Positions 11,205-22,485 of a DNA stretch of 33,987 nucleotides are shown here, piece after piece. The position numbers were made by a program, and so were the translations under genes. The DNA lies in the NCBI RefSeq assembly GCF_004010195.1, contig NW_025214211.1:1-33987 (forward strand), in the 5' to 3' direction. Source of the DNA: Chiloscyllium plagiosum. Lineage: Eukaryota. The notes under the pieces were generated by a model, which saw only the letters and a program-made list of their open reading frames with translations, was not told the origin of the DNA and made no database searches. Positions within the stretch are counted from its first letter, which is position 1. Each line of letters begins with the position of its first letter.

Positions 11205-11660
11205 CTGCGTCGACGCGAGGGGCACGTGGTGAGGACGGTTTGGCGCAGTCTCCGCTCGGTCAAACTTCACCATGTCGGCAGGTTCACCGCAATCGGCAGG
11301 GTAAGAGAGCCAGAGCGGCTGGGGCTGGGGCTGGGGGAGCGGGAGCGGGACAGGCCGAGCTCACCTCGACCACCTATTGTGAGGGTAACGGGTTGGGGCC
11401 GGGCTGGCCCGATGTGTGGGAGTTGTTGTGTTTTGAAAAAGGGGAAATGGTGGCCGCGTCGACGGCGCCATTCCCGGAGTAAACCGGATCGAACCGGACA
11501 GGCCCGAGTGTCCCCCCCCCCCGGGCGATGGGAGTGAGTGAGGGCCGGGGACAGGATCGGGGCCTGACTGGGCCCCGGGGGGCGGGGGGGTTTGTCTCCC
11601 CTCCCCCGGCGGCGGCTGAGCCCTGGGTCTCCTCCGCTCCGGGGGGGATCCACCAGAATG
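11200..11660 (+). promoter_or_regulatory. KHDC4: CpG-island promoter/first-exon region of KHDC4
   Basis: High GC and CpG density around the start codon. E-box CACGTG at 11223-11228. ZNF143/THAP11-like ACAACAACTCCCA on the minus strand at 11417-11429 (1 mismatch to ACTACAACTCCCA). The TSS cannot be placed from sequence alone. Confidence 0.75.
11272..11300 (+). CDS. KHDC4: KHDC4 coding exon 1 (MSAGSPQSAG), phase-2 end
   Basis: Kozak-like CACCATG and donor GG|GTAAGA. It joins in frame with exon 2 to give MSAGSPQSAGRRSKWD, similar to human MSAGSATHPGAGGRRSKWD. Confidence 0.9.
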
Positions 11661-12276
11661 GGGTTTTTTTAAAAATAAAAACTTGAAACACCGTAACACG
11701 TTCATTCGGTTTGACTTCAGTCTCGTTCAAGTTTTAAGGCCCCCCGGGTGGGATAAAGATTCAAAACAAACCCTTAATCCCAGCTCAAATTTAACACAAA
11801 AAGTGTGTAATATAAACCCGGATTATGATTTGTTTAGAACCAGTTCCTCTCACACACCGAGCCTGCAGTGGAGGGGTCGCGTTCAAACTTAAACAGGAGC
11901 GAAGTCAAACTGGGCTCAACTTATGCCCCTTTTGTGTTAAGTTTGAGCCCAGACCCTTAATGCATTGATTATATCTGTCAGCTTGTTTTTTTTCTCTTTG
12001 TTCAAATTGCATTGATACTTTCTGGTCACTGTCATATTGAATCCTGATTTTTTTTGTGATTTATTTGGTGTTTGCTGAATTCAAAAGGCAAAATTCATTG
12101 TTGCATAGTTATTAATGCTAAGAAATAAAAAAAAACACTTGCATGTTTAACTTATTTTCTGGAAAGTGTTGATCTGTAATGCCAAGCTTTTTATTATTCT
12201 AATGATGCTTATGCTGAACCTCTGGGTCTCCTTAAACACAAAATATGCTAACGGATATGAAACTACATTTTGGCTG

Positions 12277-13203
12277 ATAGAGTCATAGAGATGTACAGCA
12301 TGGAAACAGACCCTTCGGTCCAACCTGTCCATGCCGACCAGATATCCCAACCCAATCTAGTCCCACCTGCCAGCACCTGGCCCATATCCCTCCAAATCTT
12401 TCCTATTCATATACCCATCCAAATGCCTCTTAAATGTTGCAAATGTACCAGCCTCCACCACATCCTCTGGCAGCTCATTCCGTACACATACCACAATCTG
12501 CGTGAAAAAGTTGCCCCTTAGGTCTCTTTTATATCTTTCCCCTCTCACCCTAAACTTATGCCCTCTACTTCTGGACTCCCTGACCCCAGGGAAAAGACTT
12601 TGCCTATTTACCCTATCCATGCCCCTCATAATACCAAACGCCGCCTTCACTATCCTATCTATCTGCGACTCCACTTTCAAGGAGCTATGAACCTGCACTC
12701 CAAGGTCTCTTTGTTCAGCAACACTCCCAAGGACCTTACCATTAAGTGTATAAGTCCTGCTAAGATTTGCTTTCCCACAATGCAGCACCTCGCATTTATC
12801 TGAATTAAACTCCATCTGCCACTTCTCAGCCCATTGGCCCATCTGGTCCAGATCCTGTTGTAATCTGAGGTAACCCTCTTCTAGTAAGGCATTTGACAAT
12901 GTTCCCCACGGGAGACTGATTAGCAAGGTTAGGTCTCATGGAATAAAGGTATACAGAACTGGCTCAAAGGTAGAAGACAGAGGGTGGTTGTGAAGGGTTG
13001 TTTTTCAGACTGGAGGCCTGTGACCAGTGGAGTGCTTTTTCTCTGCTGGCCACAGAAACGTCTGTCTGTACCTCTGACGATAGAATCCCCTAACACAATT
13101 GATCTCTTGGAAGCTGACATGCCCCTCGTTGCATTAGAGCCAGTCTCAATACTAGAAACTTGGCTGTTCGTGCTATGTTCCCCTGAGAATCCATCACCCC
13201 CTT
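12277..13203 (-). mobile_element. rearranged CR1 LINE: minus-strand 3' end/RT (12277-12880), inverted plus-strand RT piece (about 12881-13035), minus-strand ORF1 piece (about 13036-13203)
   Basis: ATAGAGTC-type tail and WQMEFNSDKCEVLH on minus. SKAFDNVPHGRL...WRPVTSGV on plus. IVLGDSIVRGTDRRFC (SGNH esterase GDS motif) on minus. Confidence 0.85.
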
Positions 13204-13914
13204 GAATGTTTTGTTTTATCGACCAGATTGATACTGCTTATGTTTTATTTTGATTCTCTTTGAGGATTATCTGTGATTCTTAATTCCCAATTTCAAGCAT
13301 TATGCTGTGAACTAATGATACAATTATATAGCTCTGCTATACCATGCTCAACATATCTCTTCATTTTACTGTTTCAATTCATTAGTAAGCTGCATTTTAA
13401 ATCAGCGGACATCTGAGCCTCTAGCTCCTTGTTGTTTTGACTACAAAATGTTTGGGCACCACATTTGTATAATATCATCCATATGTTTATCGAATGACCA
13501 TTTTAATGCCCTGGACGTTTATGTGCAGATGTCTGAAACATGTACTATATTTAGCTGTAAATACAGTCCTGTTTCTGTTCCCCCAATGATGGACAATTGC
13601 GTGAAAACACCCAAAGAGTGGTGGAGAAATTGATTAGATTAAAACAAAGTTTTTATGAGCTGTTATTGTGCTCCGTGAGGGTAGGGGTTGAACTGAACTA
13701 AGGCCAGTGTGGATGTGTCTGAAAGAACTGTACGTAATTTGACATTAGATTGACACACATGTTCATCTCTTACTGGATAGTCAGCTTATGCTTTTGGAAA
13801 ACTTGCCAGTAGGAAAGTACACCCAATGTAGAGTAGGATGTTCAGTCAGTAGTTTTGTCCATGTAGAAGATTGTATATATCCTGAAGTTTGTTTTAGTCT
13901 GGTATTGATTTTTT

Positions 13915-14160
13915 TTAGATTCCCTATAGTGTGGAAACAGGCCCTTCGGCCCAACCAGTCCACACTGACCTTCTGAAGAGCAACCCACCCAGCTCCATCC
14001 CCATCCCCATCCCCCTATGTTTACCCCTGACTAATGCACCTAACACTACAGGCAATTTAGCATGTGCAAACTCCATGCAGACAGTCGCCCAAGGCTGGAA
14101 TCGAACCTGGGTCCCTGGTGCTGTGAGGCAGCAGTGCTAACCACTGAGCCACCATGCCGC
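13915..14160 (-). mobile_element. HE1-type V-SINE, internally deleted
   Basis: Minus head GCGGCATGGTGGCTCAGTGGTTAGCACTGCTGCCTCACAGCACCAGGGACCCAGGTTCGATTCC; tail CCTGTTTCCACACTATAGGGAATCTAA. Confidence 0.9.
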
Positions 14161-14250
14161 TCCTAATTTTCATTTTCTTAATCTTGCGAATTAACTTTCT
14201 CGTCTTGTGTTGAAGACATTGATTCCTTGTTACTTTGTACCACAATACGA

Positions 14251-15101
14251 GGCAGCTCGGTAGCTCAATTATTAGCACTACTGTCTCTCAGCGTCAGGGA
14301 CTTGTGTTCGATTCCAGCCTCGGGCGACTGTGTGTGGAGTTTGCATGTTCTCCCTGTGTATGCATGGGCTTCATCCGGATGCTCCAGTTTCCTCCCACAG
14401 TCCAAAGATATGCAAGTCATGTGAATTGGCCTTGCTAAATTGCCCATTGTGTCCAAGGATGCACAGGCTGGGTGGATTGGCCCTGGGAAATGCAGAGTTA
14501 CAGGAATACTGTGTGCAGTTCTGGTCTCCAAATTTGAGGAAAGACATTCTGGCTATTGAGGGAGTGCAGCGTAGGTTCACGAGGTCAATTCCTGGAATGG
14601 TGGGACTACCTTACGCTGAAAGACTGGAGCGACTGGGCTTGTATACCCTTGAGTTTAGAAGACTGAGAGGGGATCTGATTGAGACATATAAGATTATTAA
14701 AGGATTGGACACTCTGGAGGCAGGAAACATGTTTCCGATGATGGGTGAGTGCCGAACCAGAGGACTCAGCTTAAAAATACGGGGTAGACCATTTAGGACA
14801 GAGATGAGGAGAAACTTCTTTGCCCAGAGAGTGGTGGCTGTGTTGAATGCTCTGCAGTAGAGGCCCAGTCTCTGGATTCATTTAAGAAAGAGTTGGATAG
14901 AGCTCTCAAGGATAGTGGAATCGAGGGTTATGGAGATAAGGCAGGAACAGGATACTGATTAAGGATGATCAGCCATGATCATGTTGAATGGTGGTGCAGG
15001 CTCGAAGGGCAGAATGGCCTACTCCTGCACCTATTGTCTATTGATCTGGGTGGGATGCTCTTGGGAGGAAAGATGGGCTGAATGGTCTGCTTGCACACTG
15101 T
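14251..15101 (+). mobile_element. HE1-type V-SINE interrupted by a CR1 3' fragment
   Basis: Head GGCAGCTCGGTAGCTCAA...GTTCGATTCC, V-domain GTTTCCTCCCACAGTCCAAAGA. The tail resumes at about 15044. Confidence 0.85.
14503..15043 (+). mobile_element. 5'-truncated CR1 LINE 3' end
   Basis: EYCVQFWSPNLRKDILAIEGVQRRFTR...LEFRRLRGDLIETYKI and a CTATTGTCTATTG tail. Confidence 0.9.
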
Positions 15102-15444
15102 ACCTGCAACTCTCAGATTTTATTGTTAGTGCATGGTGAAGATTTTGTGATTTTGCAATGTTGTGCACTGGGAGACATTAAGCATGATGTGATTGGAACA
15201 GGTCATGGGGCAATATTTTCCTTCTGGTAGTACTAATTATTTAAAAGTTTGCACTTTACGCTGTAACAATGCTAATATCATGTCACTCTTTTTTTTAAAA
15301 AGCCATGATGTAGATGGGATGTTAAATATCCCTGATAGAAGATGTTTATAAGGATAATAAAGGAAAAGGGAATAGGTAATCGCATTGGCTAAGGAGAACA
15401 TTGCAATGCTGGAGAAAGATGATGTTCCAGAGGGATCAGTCTGT

Positions 15445-15561
15445 TTGATTAGATTACTTACAGTACGGAAACAGGCCCACCAAGTCCACACCAACCCTCC
15501 GAAGAGCAACCCACACAGACCCATTCCCCCACATTTACCCCTTCACCTAACACTAGAGCAA
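15445..15561 (-). mobile_element. HE1-type SINE 3' fragment
   Basis: TTAGATTACTTACAGTACGGAAACAGGCCC...CACCTAACACTA matches the tail of the 15821 copy. Confidence 0.75.
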
Positions 15562-15820
15562 CTCTCCATCACCACCCTTTGCCTTCAATTTTTAAGCCAA
15601 TTTTGGATCTAATTTGCTAACTTGCCTTGGATCCGGTGGGTTCTTCTTCATCGATACATTTAATCACCTCTTCAAAAAACTCAATTAAATCAGTCAGGAT
15701 CTCCCTCTAACAAATCCATGCTTACTGTCTCTGATCAATTCCTGCCTTTCCAAATATTGATTAATCCTGTCCTTCAGAATTTTTTTCCCAGTAAGTTCCC
15801 TAAAGACCGTTAGTTTGATA

Positions 15821-16135
15821 TGATTAGGTTACTTACAGTGTGGAAACAGGCCCTTCGGCTCAACAAGTCCACATCGACCGTCTGAAGAGCAGCTCACCCA
15901 GACCCATTCCCCTACATTTACCCCTGCACAAATCACTATGGGCAATTTAGCATGGCCAATTCACCTAACCTGCACATCTTTGGACTGTGGGAGGAAATCG
16001 GAGCACCCGGAGGAAACCCACGCAGACATGGGGAGAATGTGCAAACTCCGCAAAGACAGTGCCCGAAGCAGGAATTAAACCAGGTCTCTGGCACTGTGAG
16101 GCAGCAGTGCTATCCACTGTGCCACTGTGCTGCCC
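15821..16135 (-). mobile_element. HE1-type V-SINE, near full length
   Basis: Minus head GGGCAGCACAGTGGCACAGTGGATAGCACTGCTGCCTCACAG; V-domain and tail present. Confidence 0.9.
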
Positions 16136-16199
16136 TAACTAGGCGGTTTGGTTACAGCTACAAACAAAAAAGGTACAATTGCATAGTTTGGTATTATCT

Positions 16200-17125
16200 T
16201 AAGGCCACCAATTTGTGGGAAGGATGTAGAGAAACAAATTTGTAATGAAATTACAGAAGTACAAAAATTGTAGAATCGTTATAATTGGAGAACTGTAATT
16301 ATCTGTGTTGTGACTGTGATAGTAGTAGTGTAATGGACAGTGAAGGGCAGGAGTTCTTGGATAGTGTTAGGGAACTTTTCTTTTAGCAGTTATGTTTCCA
16401 GGCTAGTGAGAAGGAGGCAGCATTGCTGACCTAGTTCTTGAGAAGAGGTGAGCCAAGTAGATCAGGCCTAACTAGGAGAAATTTAGGGGACAGTAATCAT
16501 CGCGTTAAAAGGTTAATGTTTACTATGGAAAAGGGCAAAGGGCTGTCCAAAGTAAGAACAATTAATTGGTAGAAAACCGACTTCACTGGAGCAAAAACAG
16601 ATCTTTGCTGAATAAATCAGTGTGAAAGGTTGACAGGAAAAACTAGCCTGACAAAGCCTTCACCAAAAGACTTACTTCAAGCACAGTCAAGACAGAGACC
16701 CTCAAAAAGGAAAGGGTAGGGAAAGCAGAAATAGAGCCCCTGTATGACAAAAAAGGCAGAAATTAGAGGAGAAAAGGTATGTTACGACAGATGTCAAGTA
16801 GAAAATATTATTGAGAATCAGGATGAATATAGAATGTCCAAGCAAGAGGTGGTAAAGCAAATGAGAGAAATAGTGACAAAGTATAAAAGAAAACTGGCAG
16901 CCAATGTTATAAGTAATCCCAAAACTTTATATGGACAGATAAATAGTAAAAGGAGGACCAAGAAAGGGGATTTGTGTGGAAGCAGAGGGTGTCAGTATTA
17001 AACGGGTACTTTGTGCTTTTCAAGAAAGAAGATGTTATCCAAATCATCATGAAAGAGGATTTAATTCAGACGCTGGAAGGGTTTAAAATTGATAAGGAAA
17101 AGCTTTTGGATAAGTTTTCATCTGG
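16200..17125 (+). mobile_element. decayed CR1 ORF2 fragment (endonuclease end to RT linker)
   Basis: IVIIGE, EGQEFLDSV, YKRKLAANVISNPKTLYGQINSKR (compare CR1 NPKxFYxYIxSKR). Confidence 0.65.
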
Positions 17126-17699
17126 AAGAAATTCCCCATATCTATCTTAAAAGGGCTATCTTTTATTAGTTTACCTCCTAATTGCCCACTATCTATTTGC
17201 AATCTACAAGGCAAGAGACAGGAGTGTAAGCCCACCCACTGGTGGGTTTACTGCAGCTCTAACAACACCTTAAGAAGCTTGACAGTATCCAGGACAGAGC
17301 AGCCCACTTAACCTGCACCCCATCCACCACCAGTATCAGGGATTAGGATCTTAAGTTATTGAGAGAGATTCAAGAAGTTATAACAATTTTTGTTGGAAAA
17401 AGAACGCTGAGAGGCGATTGTTTAGACATATTCAATATCTTATGTCTGCCCATAGTAAATATGGAGAAACTGTTCTAACTCACGAATGGTTCATGAATGA
17501 GTGCACAGATTTAAAGTAATTGGAAAAAGAAGCAAAAGTGATTTTGTTCTAGTCAAATTAAAGAATTCACAAAAAAATTATACTGTTATCCAAAAAATGC
17601 AAGAATGTGCTGAGATAGTGAGGGAAGGTAAGAGAATGACAATAGATTAATTGGTCATTTATAACTGTGGGTGACATCTTGCACTGTGTAAGTTCTGTG

Positions 17700-18115
17700 A
17701 CAATTGAAAATTCATTGTCAGTCAGGCATGCATTGTATCTATTTGCATGTACTGAAAGCCACATATATTAATGCACATGGCCATGTTTTTTTGCAGACAT
17801 GAACATTGAGTGCACAATGCTCCTGTTTCAATTCAACATAGTAGGTGACAGCTATATGCTGGTGCATTCCTCAGAGGTAATGCTGTAAACAACCAGAGTC
17901 AACCTGTCTGGTTTAAAATGTAATCAAAGCCTGAGTCTTAACCGTCAACCAGCATTTCATCCTGCAGTCTTCATTGCAATACTTTAAGAAATCAGAGTCA
18001 ACTTGCCAACTAATCTACATTCCCTGGTCATACCGTATGGATATTGGTGCTCTCCCAGTATTTGTACTCTTGCAAAATGTTCTGATGAGTGCAAATTGAA
18101 AAGCTTTGCCAAAAT
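17700..18115 (+). mobile_element. ancient Penelope-like element 3' end with a degenerate hammerhead core
   Basis: GIY-YIG C-terminus-like LHVLKATYINAHG (about 17742-17780), then CTGATGA (18082-18088)...GAAAAGCTTT (18098-18107). Confidence 0.55.
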
Positions 18116-18265
18116 TTGTAATTTTTCAATAATATTTTAAGTTCTGTACTACCAAGCAACTATCAAGAAATGTGTTGAAGCTATTTCAGGAAAACTGATG
18201 AACTTGATGATCTCTTTTAGCACTAAACTAACAAACAATATTACCAATATGTTTCTGTACTCTAG

Positions 18266-18521
18266 GCGGCGTAGTAAATGGGATTGTCCAGAATCCGTTC
18301 CAGTGTCAATGGCAGTATCAATAGAGTCACAGATGAATAATTTTCCTGTCACAATGTCTCAAGTTGCAGTTCATGGTGTAAGTCTCTCTGGTCCACCATC
18401 AGTCAGTCAGTCTCAGTCTTCGTCAGAGGCATTAGATGCAGCTGCTGCTGCCGCAGCTAGGATTAATGCCATGTTGATGGCAAAAGGAAAATTGAAGTTA
18501 CCACAAACTCCAAATAACAAA
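18266..18521 (+). CDS. KHDC4: KHDC4 coding exon 2
   Basis: Acceptor TTTCTGTACTCTAG|G and donor AAA|GTAAGT. Encodes RRSKWD...[23 protein letters not shown] (human [23 protein letters not shown]). 29+256 nt = 95 codons. Confidence 0.97.
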
Positions 18522-19369
18522 GTAAGTAATGTTTGTTTTTTAACATTTTACTGTACAAGAGGGGAGATTGTAGGACTTTATCAGCATTTTAACACTGAAC
18601 AGTAGAATGCCATTTTCCAATATTCTGCATATTTCATCAAAATATACACAAATATTTTACATTTCTGTTCCATGTTCATTTATTTGCAATTTTTCTATTC
18701 AGTTGTTATATCTAAATGCTTCATTGCGTCAGTAAATCATTAGTTAAGGAGAAGGCAACTTGTTTATGCAAAATTTCAGGACCACTTTAAGTGATGAATA
18801 AAGTTCTGTGCTTTTGTCCATCTCTCTCTCTCATGAGTCACATAGGGTCCAAAATCTTGGGTAACTTGGGTGTAGTTCAAGTCCAAACATAATGTAATCT
18901 TGGCTGATAGTTCATGGTACAATCCTGAGCATTAGCCTCTTTCAGACAAGAAGGTAAATCTTCGTGCTCGTGTTAATGCTTGATTGTATGACATTGTTTA
19001 AAAGAAGGAAATTTTCCTCTCCTTGTCGCATTCTGATCACAAAAGTTATCTTTTGGATTTCTGATAAAACTGTTGCAGAGTAACTGCTGATTTTGCATTG
19101 TACCAATTTAATGTGAGGTTCTCAAAATTTGATCAATTGACATTAATGGCACATTTCATCTTAAAGAAGGTAACTGAACAATACTACCTGAATAATATTT
19201 GCCTTTATTGTTGTTGTTCCTAAATCACTATTTCTGAATTCCAATCTAGTCTTGCAAACTGTGGCTAACATAATGAAAATTAATATAAGACCAGCAATGG
19301 GCTATTCTGCACCTCAACTCCATTCACATATTTTAGCTTTATTCCTTAAAAACATAAAGATCTGGTAAT

Positions 19370-21900
19370 ATTTAAATTTCAAAGCCTGCTATGCCATTCA
19401 CTGTGATCATGGCTGATATTCTCTCACTATTCCCTGTTATTGCTTTCTTCCCGTACCTGGTCATGCCTTTAAAACCTTTGGTAAAAATCTGTCTCGAATA
19501 TTTTTTGAATATGTTCAATGACTTGGCCTTCATAGCCTTCTGTGGTAGAGAATTGCACAGGTTCACAACACTTTGTATGACAAAAACCTTTCCTCATCTC
19601 AGTCTTTAATGGTTTCCCCGTATTGTGAGACTGTGTCACCTGATTCTAGGCTCCTGATCGTTGAACACATCCTCTCTGCAACTATTCTATCCAGAACTGT
19701 TAGAATTTTCTATGTTTCAATCATCTCTCAAATTTCTAAACTCAGTAAATACAGGCCCAGTTGAACCAATCTCTCCTTATGGGACAGTCCTGTCATCACC
19801 CGAATGAACCTCAGCTGCACACCAGCTATGGCAACTGTGTCTTTTTTTAGATAGGGAGACCAAAACTGCAATATTCCAGGTGTGGTCTCACCCAAGCTCT
19901 GTATAACTGCAGTAAGACATCCTACTTCTGAACTCAAATCCTTTTGCAATGAAGGCTAATATACCATTTGACTTTCTGATTGCTTTCTGTACCTGCTTGT
20001 CTACTTTAATTGGCAAGTGTCTAAGGACACCAGAGCCTTTTGTACATCTATATTTCCAGTGTACCATCATTTAAATAATATTTTCCTTCACACCCAAGCA
20101 TATAAATTCATGTGTTGCACATGTATTTGCTCACTCATTCAACTTGTCAAAATTACCTTGAAGCTTCATTGCATCTTTCTCACAGCTCTCCGTTTTGCCC
20201 AGTTTGGAACCATCAGCAAACTTGGAAATATTGCAATTGGTTCCCTTGTCCAGGTCATTCATACATACTCTCAATGGTTGGGCACCCAGCATTGATCTTT
20301 GCACACCCTAATAGGCACCGCTTGCTTCTTGAAGAAAGACCTATTTATTCCCACTATCTTTACTGTTTATCAACCAATTCTCAATCCAATTTATATTTGC
20401 TCATAAAGACACCTATTCTATGTGGTTTAACTTTGCCCACTAACCCTTTATGAGGGACCTTATCAAAAGTGTTCTGAAAATACAATTACACCACATCCAC
20501 TGGTTTTCCCTTATCTATTCTACTTGTTCCATCCTCCAAAAAAAACTTCTTTTAATAGGCATTATTTTCCTTTCTTGACTCTACGCTGATTTTGTCCAGT
20601 CCTGTTCATGCTTTCCAAATGTTCTGTTATTAGACTTATTATAATACACTCTAGCATTTTCCACTCTACAGGTGTTAGACTAACTGGTCTCCCACCCTTT
20701 TATATTTACGTTTGCCACTCTTTAATCTGTAGGAACTGCTGTAGGGTTTATATAATGTTTGGAAGATGACCACCAATGCATCCAGTGATTCCAAGGCTAT
20801 TTCTGTCCTATTTTGGAAAGTAGTTTATGAATCACTGATGATTCCTCAGCCTTTAACTTCATTAATTTCACCAGCATTATTTTTCTCCTAATACTGAGTT
20901 CCTTCAATTCACCTTCTCACTGAGACCCTTAGTTCTCTAAAATTTCTGGGAGGTTATTTGTGTCCTCTGCGATAAAAACAGAACCAAATAATGTATTCAG
21001 TTGTTTGGCCATTTCTCTTCCTCAGTTAAAACTTTCCTGCTTTCTGACTGTTCAGGGACCTGCATTGATCTTTATTAATGGTTGTCTCTTTGCATATTTC
21101 AGGAAGCTTTTCTGTATTTACTTTGTGTTCCCTATGATTTTACACTTGATCTATTTTCCTCCCTTTTGATCAAACATTTTGCCCTCGTTTGCTGATACGA
21201 TCTTGACAATCCTGCAGTTATGTGTCTGTAATCTCACTTACATCATAACCATTTATATCTGTTTAAACTGCTAATTCATCTACCTAATTGCAAATGCTCT
21301 ACACACTAAGTCACAAAGTCTTTAGACTTGTCTTTTTAACCTTGTTAGTCATTATAGCTTTATAGTGCAGTGTGTTCCGTATGTTTCTCACCTTTGTTTT
21401 TATTTCCTTCTGTTTTTGTTTGCTTCTTACCTTTATGTCTTTTGTTTCTATCCTGGTTTCTCCTGCCTTTCTCCCCCAGCTCAGGTTCCCATGCCCTGTT
21501 AGCCTAGTTTAAACCTTCCCCAGCAGTGCTAACAGCATTCCCCCATCCCTTCACGGTTTGTCCTGGCCCCATTTTCCCCAAAATCTACTTTTAATTTATT
21601 ATCCTAATTTCCTGTATTCTAATTGTTGTGTCTCTTTCCTTTTTAACCTATGTTGTCAGTGTCGAATATGTATCATGACCACTGACGGTTCAACCTCTGA
21701 AACAGCCTTGATCCCTGACTCGGGAGGCAAAATACTGGTGTCTTTTGTGGCTGTATAATGAGCCATTTATTTCTCTTACCATTGAATTCCTTCTCATTAT
21801 AGCCCTGCCATTGCTTTTCTTGATGCAATCTAACCCCCTTCTATTAGCAAAGAGCATTATCGTGGTCAACTATTATATCCCCAAAGGAGAAATGAAGTTG
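19370..21900 (-). mobile_element. long decayed CR1 LINE (3' end at left, RT, towards ORF1)
   Basis: LQFWSPYLKKD, QVQKAIRKSNGILAFIAKGFEFRS and NSLPQKAMKA in minus ORFs; a DFxKAFDKVP-like motif near 20455-20480. Confidence 0.7.
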
Positions 21901-22046
21901 GTGAAACTGTTGCCATGGAAATCTTAAGCAATTATTTAATGTTATTTAACTCCAGTTAGGATAACTTGAAATAAATTGTGAATAGTGCACTCTTGACTTT
22001 CCAAGAACAAAGCAGAGTAGAAATGAATAATGGACATTGAAACATG

Positions 22047-22130
22047 AGTTCTGAAGAAGGGTCACCGACTCAACAAGTTTTTCCTCTCCACAGATGTTGC
22101 CAGACTTGCTGAGTTGCTTCAGCAATTTGT
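22047..22130 (+). mobile_element. short Penelope-terminus-derived repeat with a broken hammerhead core
   Basis: CTGAAGAAGGGTC at 22051 followed by CTCTCCACAGATGTTGCCAGACTTGCTGAG; the GAAA strand is missing. Confidence 0.5.
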
Positions 22131-22359
22131 TTAATCTCTACTTCAGGACTTTGTTTAACCACTTTGCATGACTTTCTTAACTGATTATTCTTAATTTATC
22201 CAAAATACAAATAAAGCTTTCATGCTGTTCTTGGTAGAAGGCTGCAACTTGATGATCCAGCATGAAGAAATTATTTCCTTTACTTCATTAGAGGAGAATG
22301 CCTGTGTTTATAAAGTGCAAAATAATCAGTTCTGTTCATTTGATAACTTTTCCTTCCAG

Positions 22360-22485
22360 CCAAAGTCTTCAAAATCAACGTCCCATGCAAAGAATAAAGA
22401 TGATATGGTCGTTGCTGAAATTGAAATTAATGATGTACCTATTGTCTGTAGAAATCTACTTACACGAGGTCACACACAAGATGAA
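22360..22485 (+). CDS. KHDC4: KHDC4 coding exon 3 (start of the first KH-like domain)
   Basis: Acceptor TTTTCCTTCCAG| and donor GAA|GTAAGT. 126 nt: [42 protein letters not shown] (human [30 protein letters not shown]). Confidence 0.97.

Noticed and set aside
10998..11730. Several overlapping 60-130 aa ORFs in the GC-rich region
   Set aside because: They result from stop-codon scarcity in a CpG island and repeat. Only the 29-nt KHDC4 exon has splice and homology support.
12357..12926. 189-aa ORF as a novel gene
   Set aside because: It is a chimera of antisense and sense CR1 RT pieces created by rearrangement.
14090..14320. tRNA genes
   Set aside because: The A/B-box sequences are heads of HE1 SINEs that continue into SINE bodies, with no full cloverleaf.
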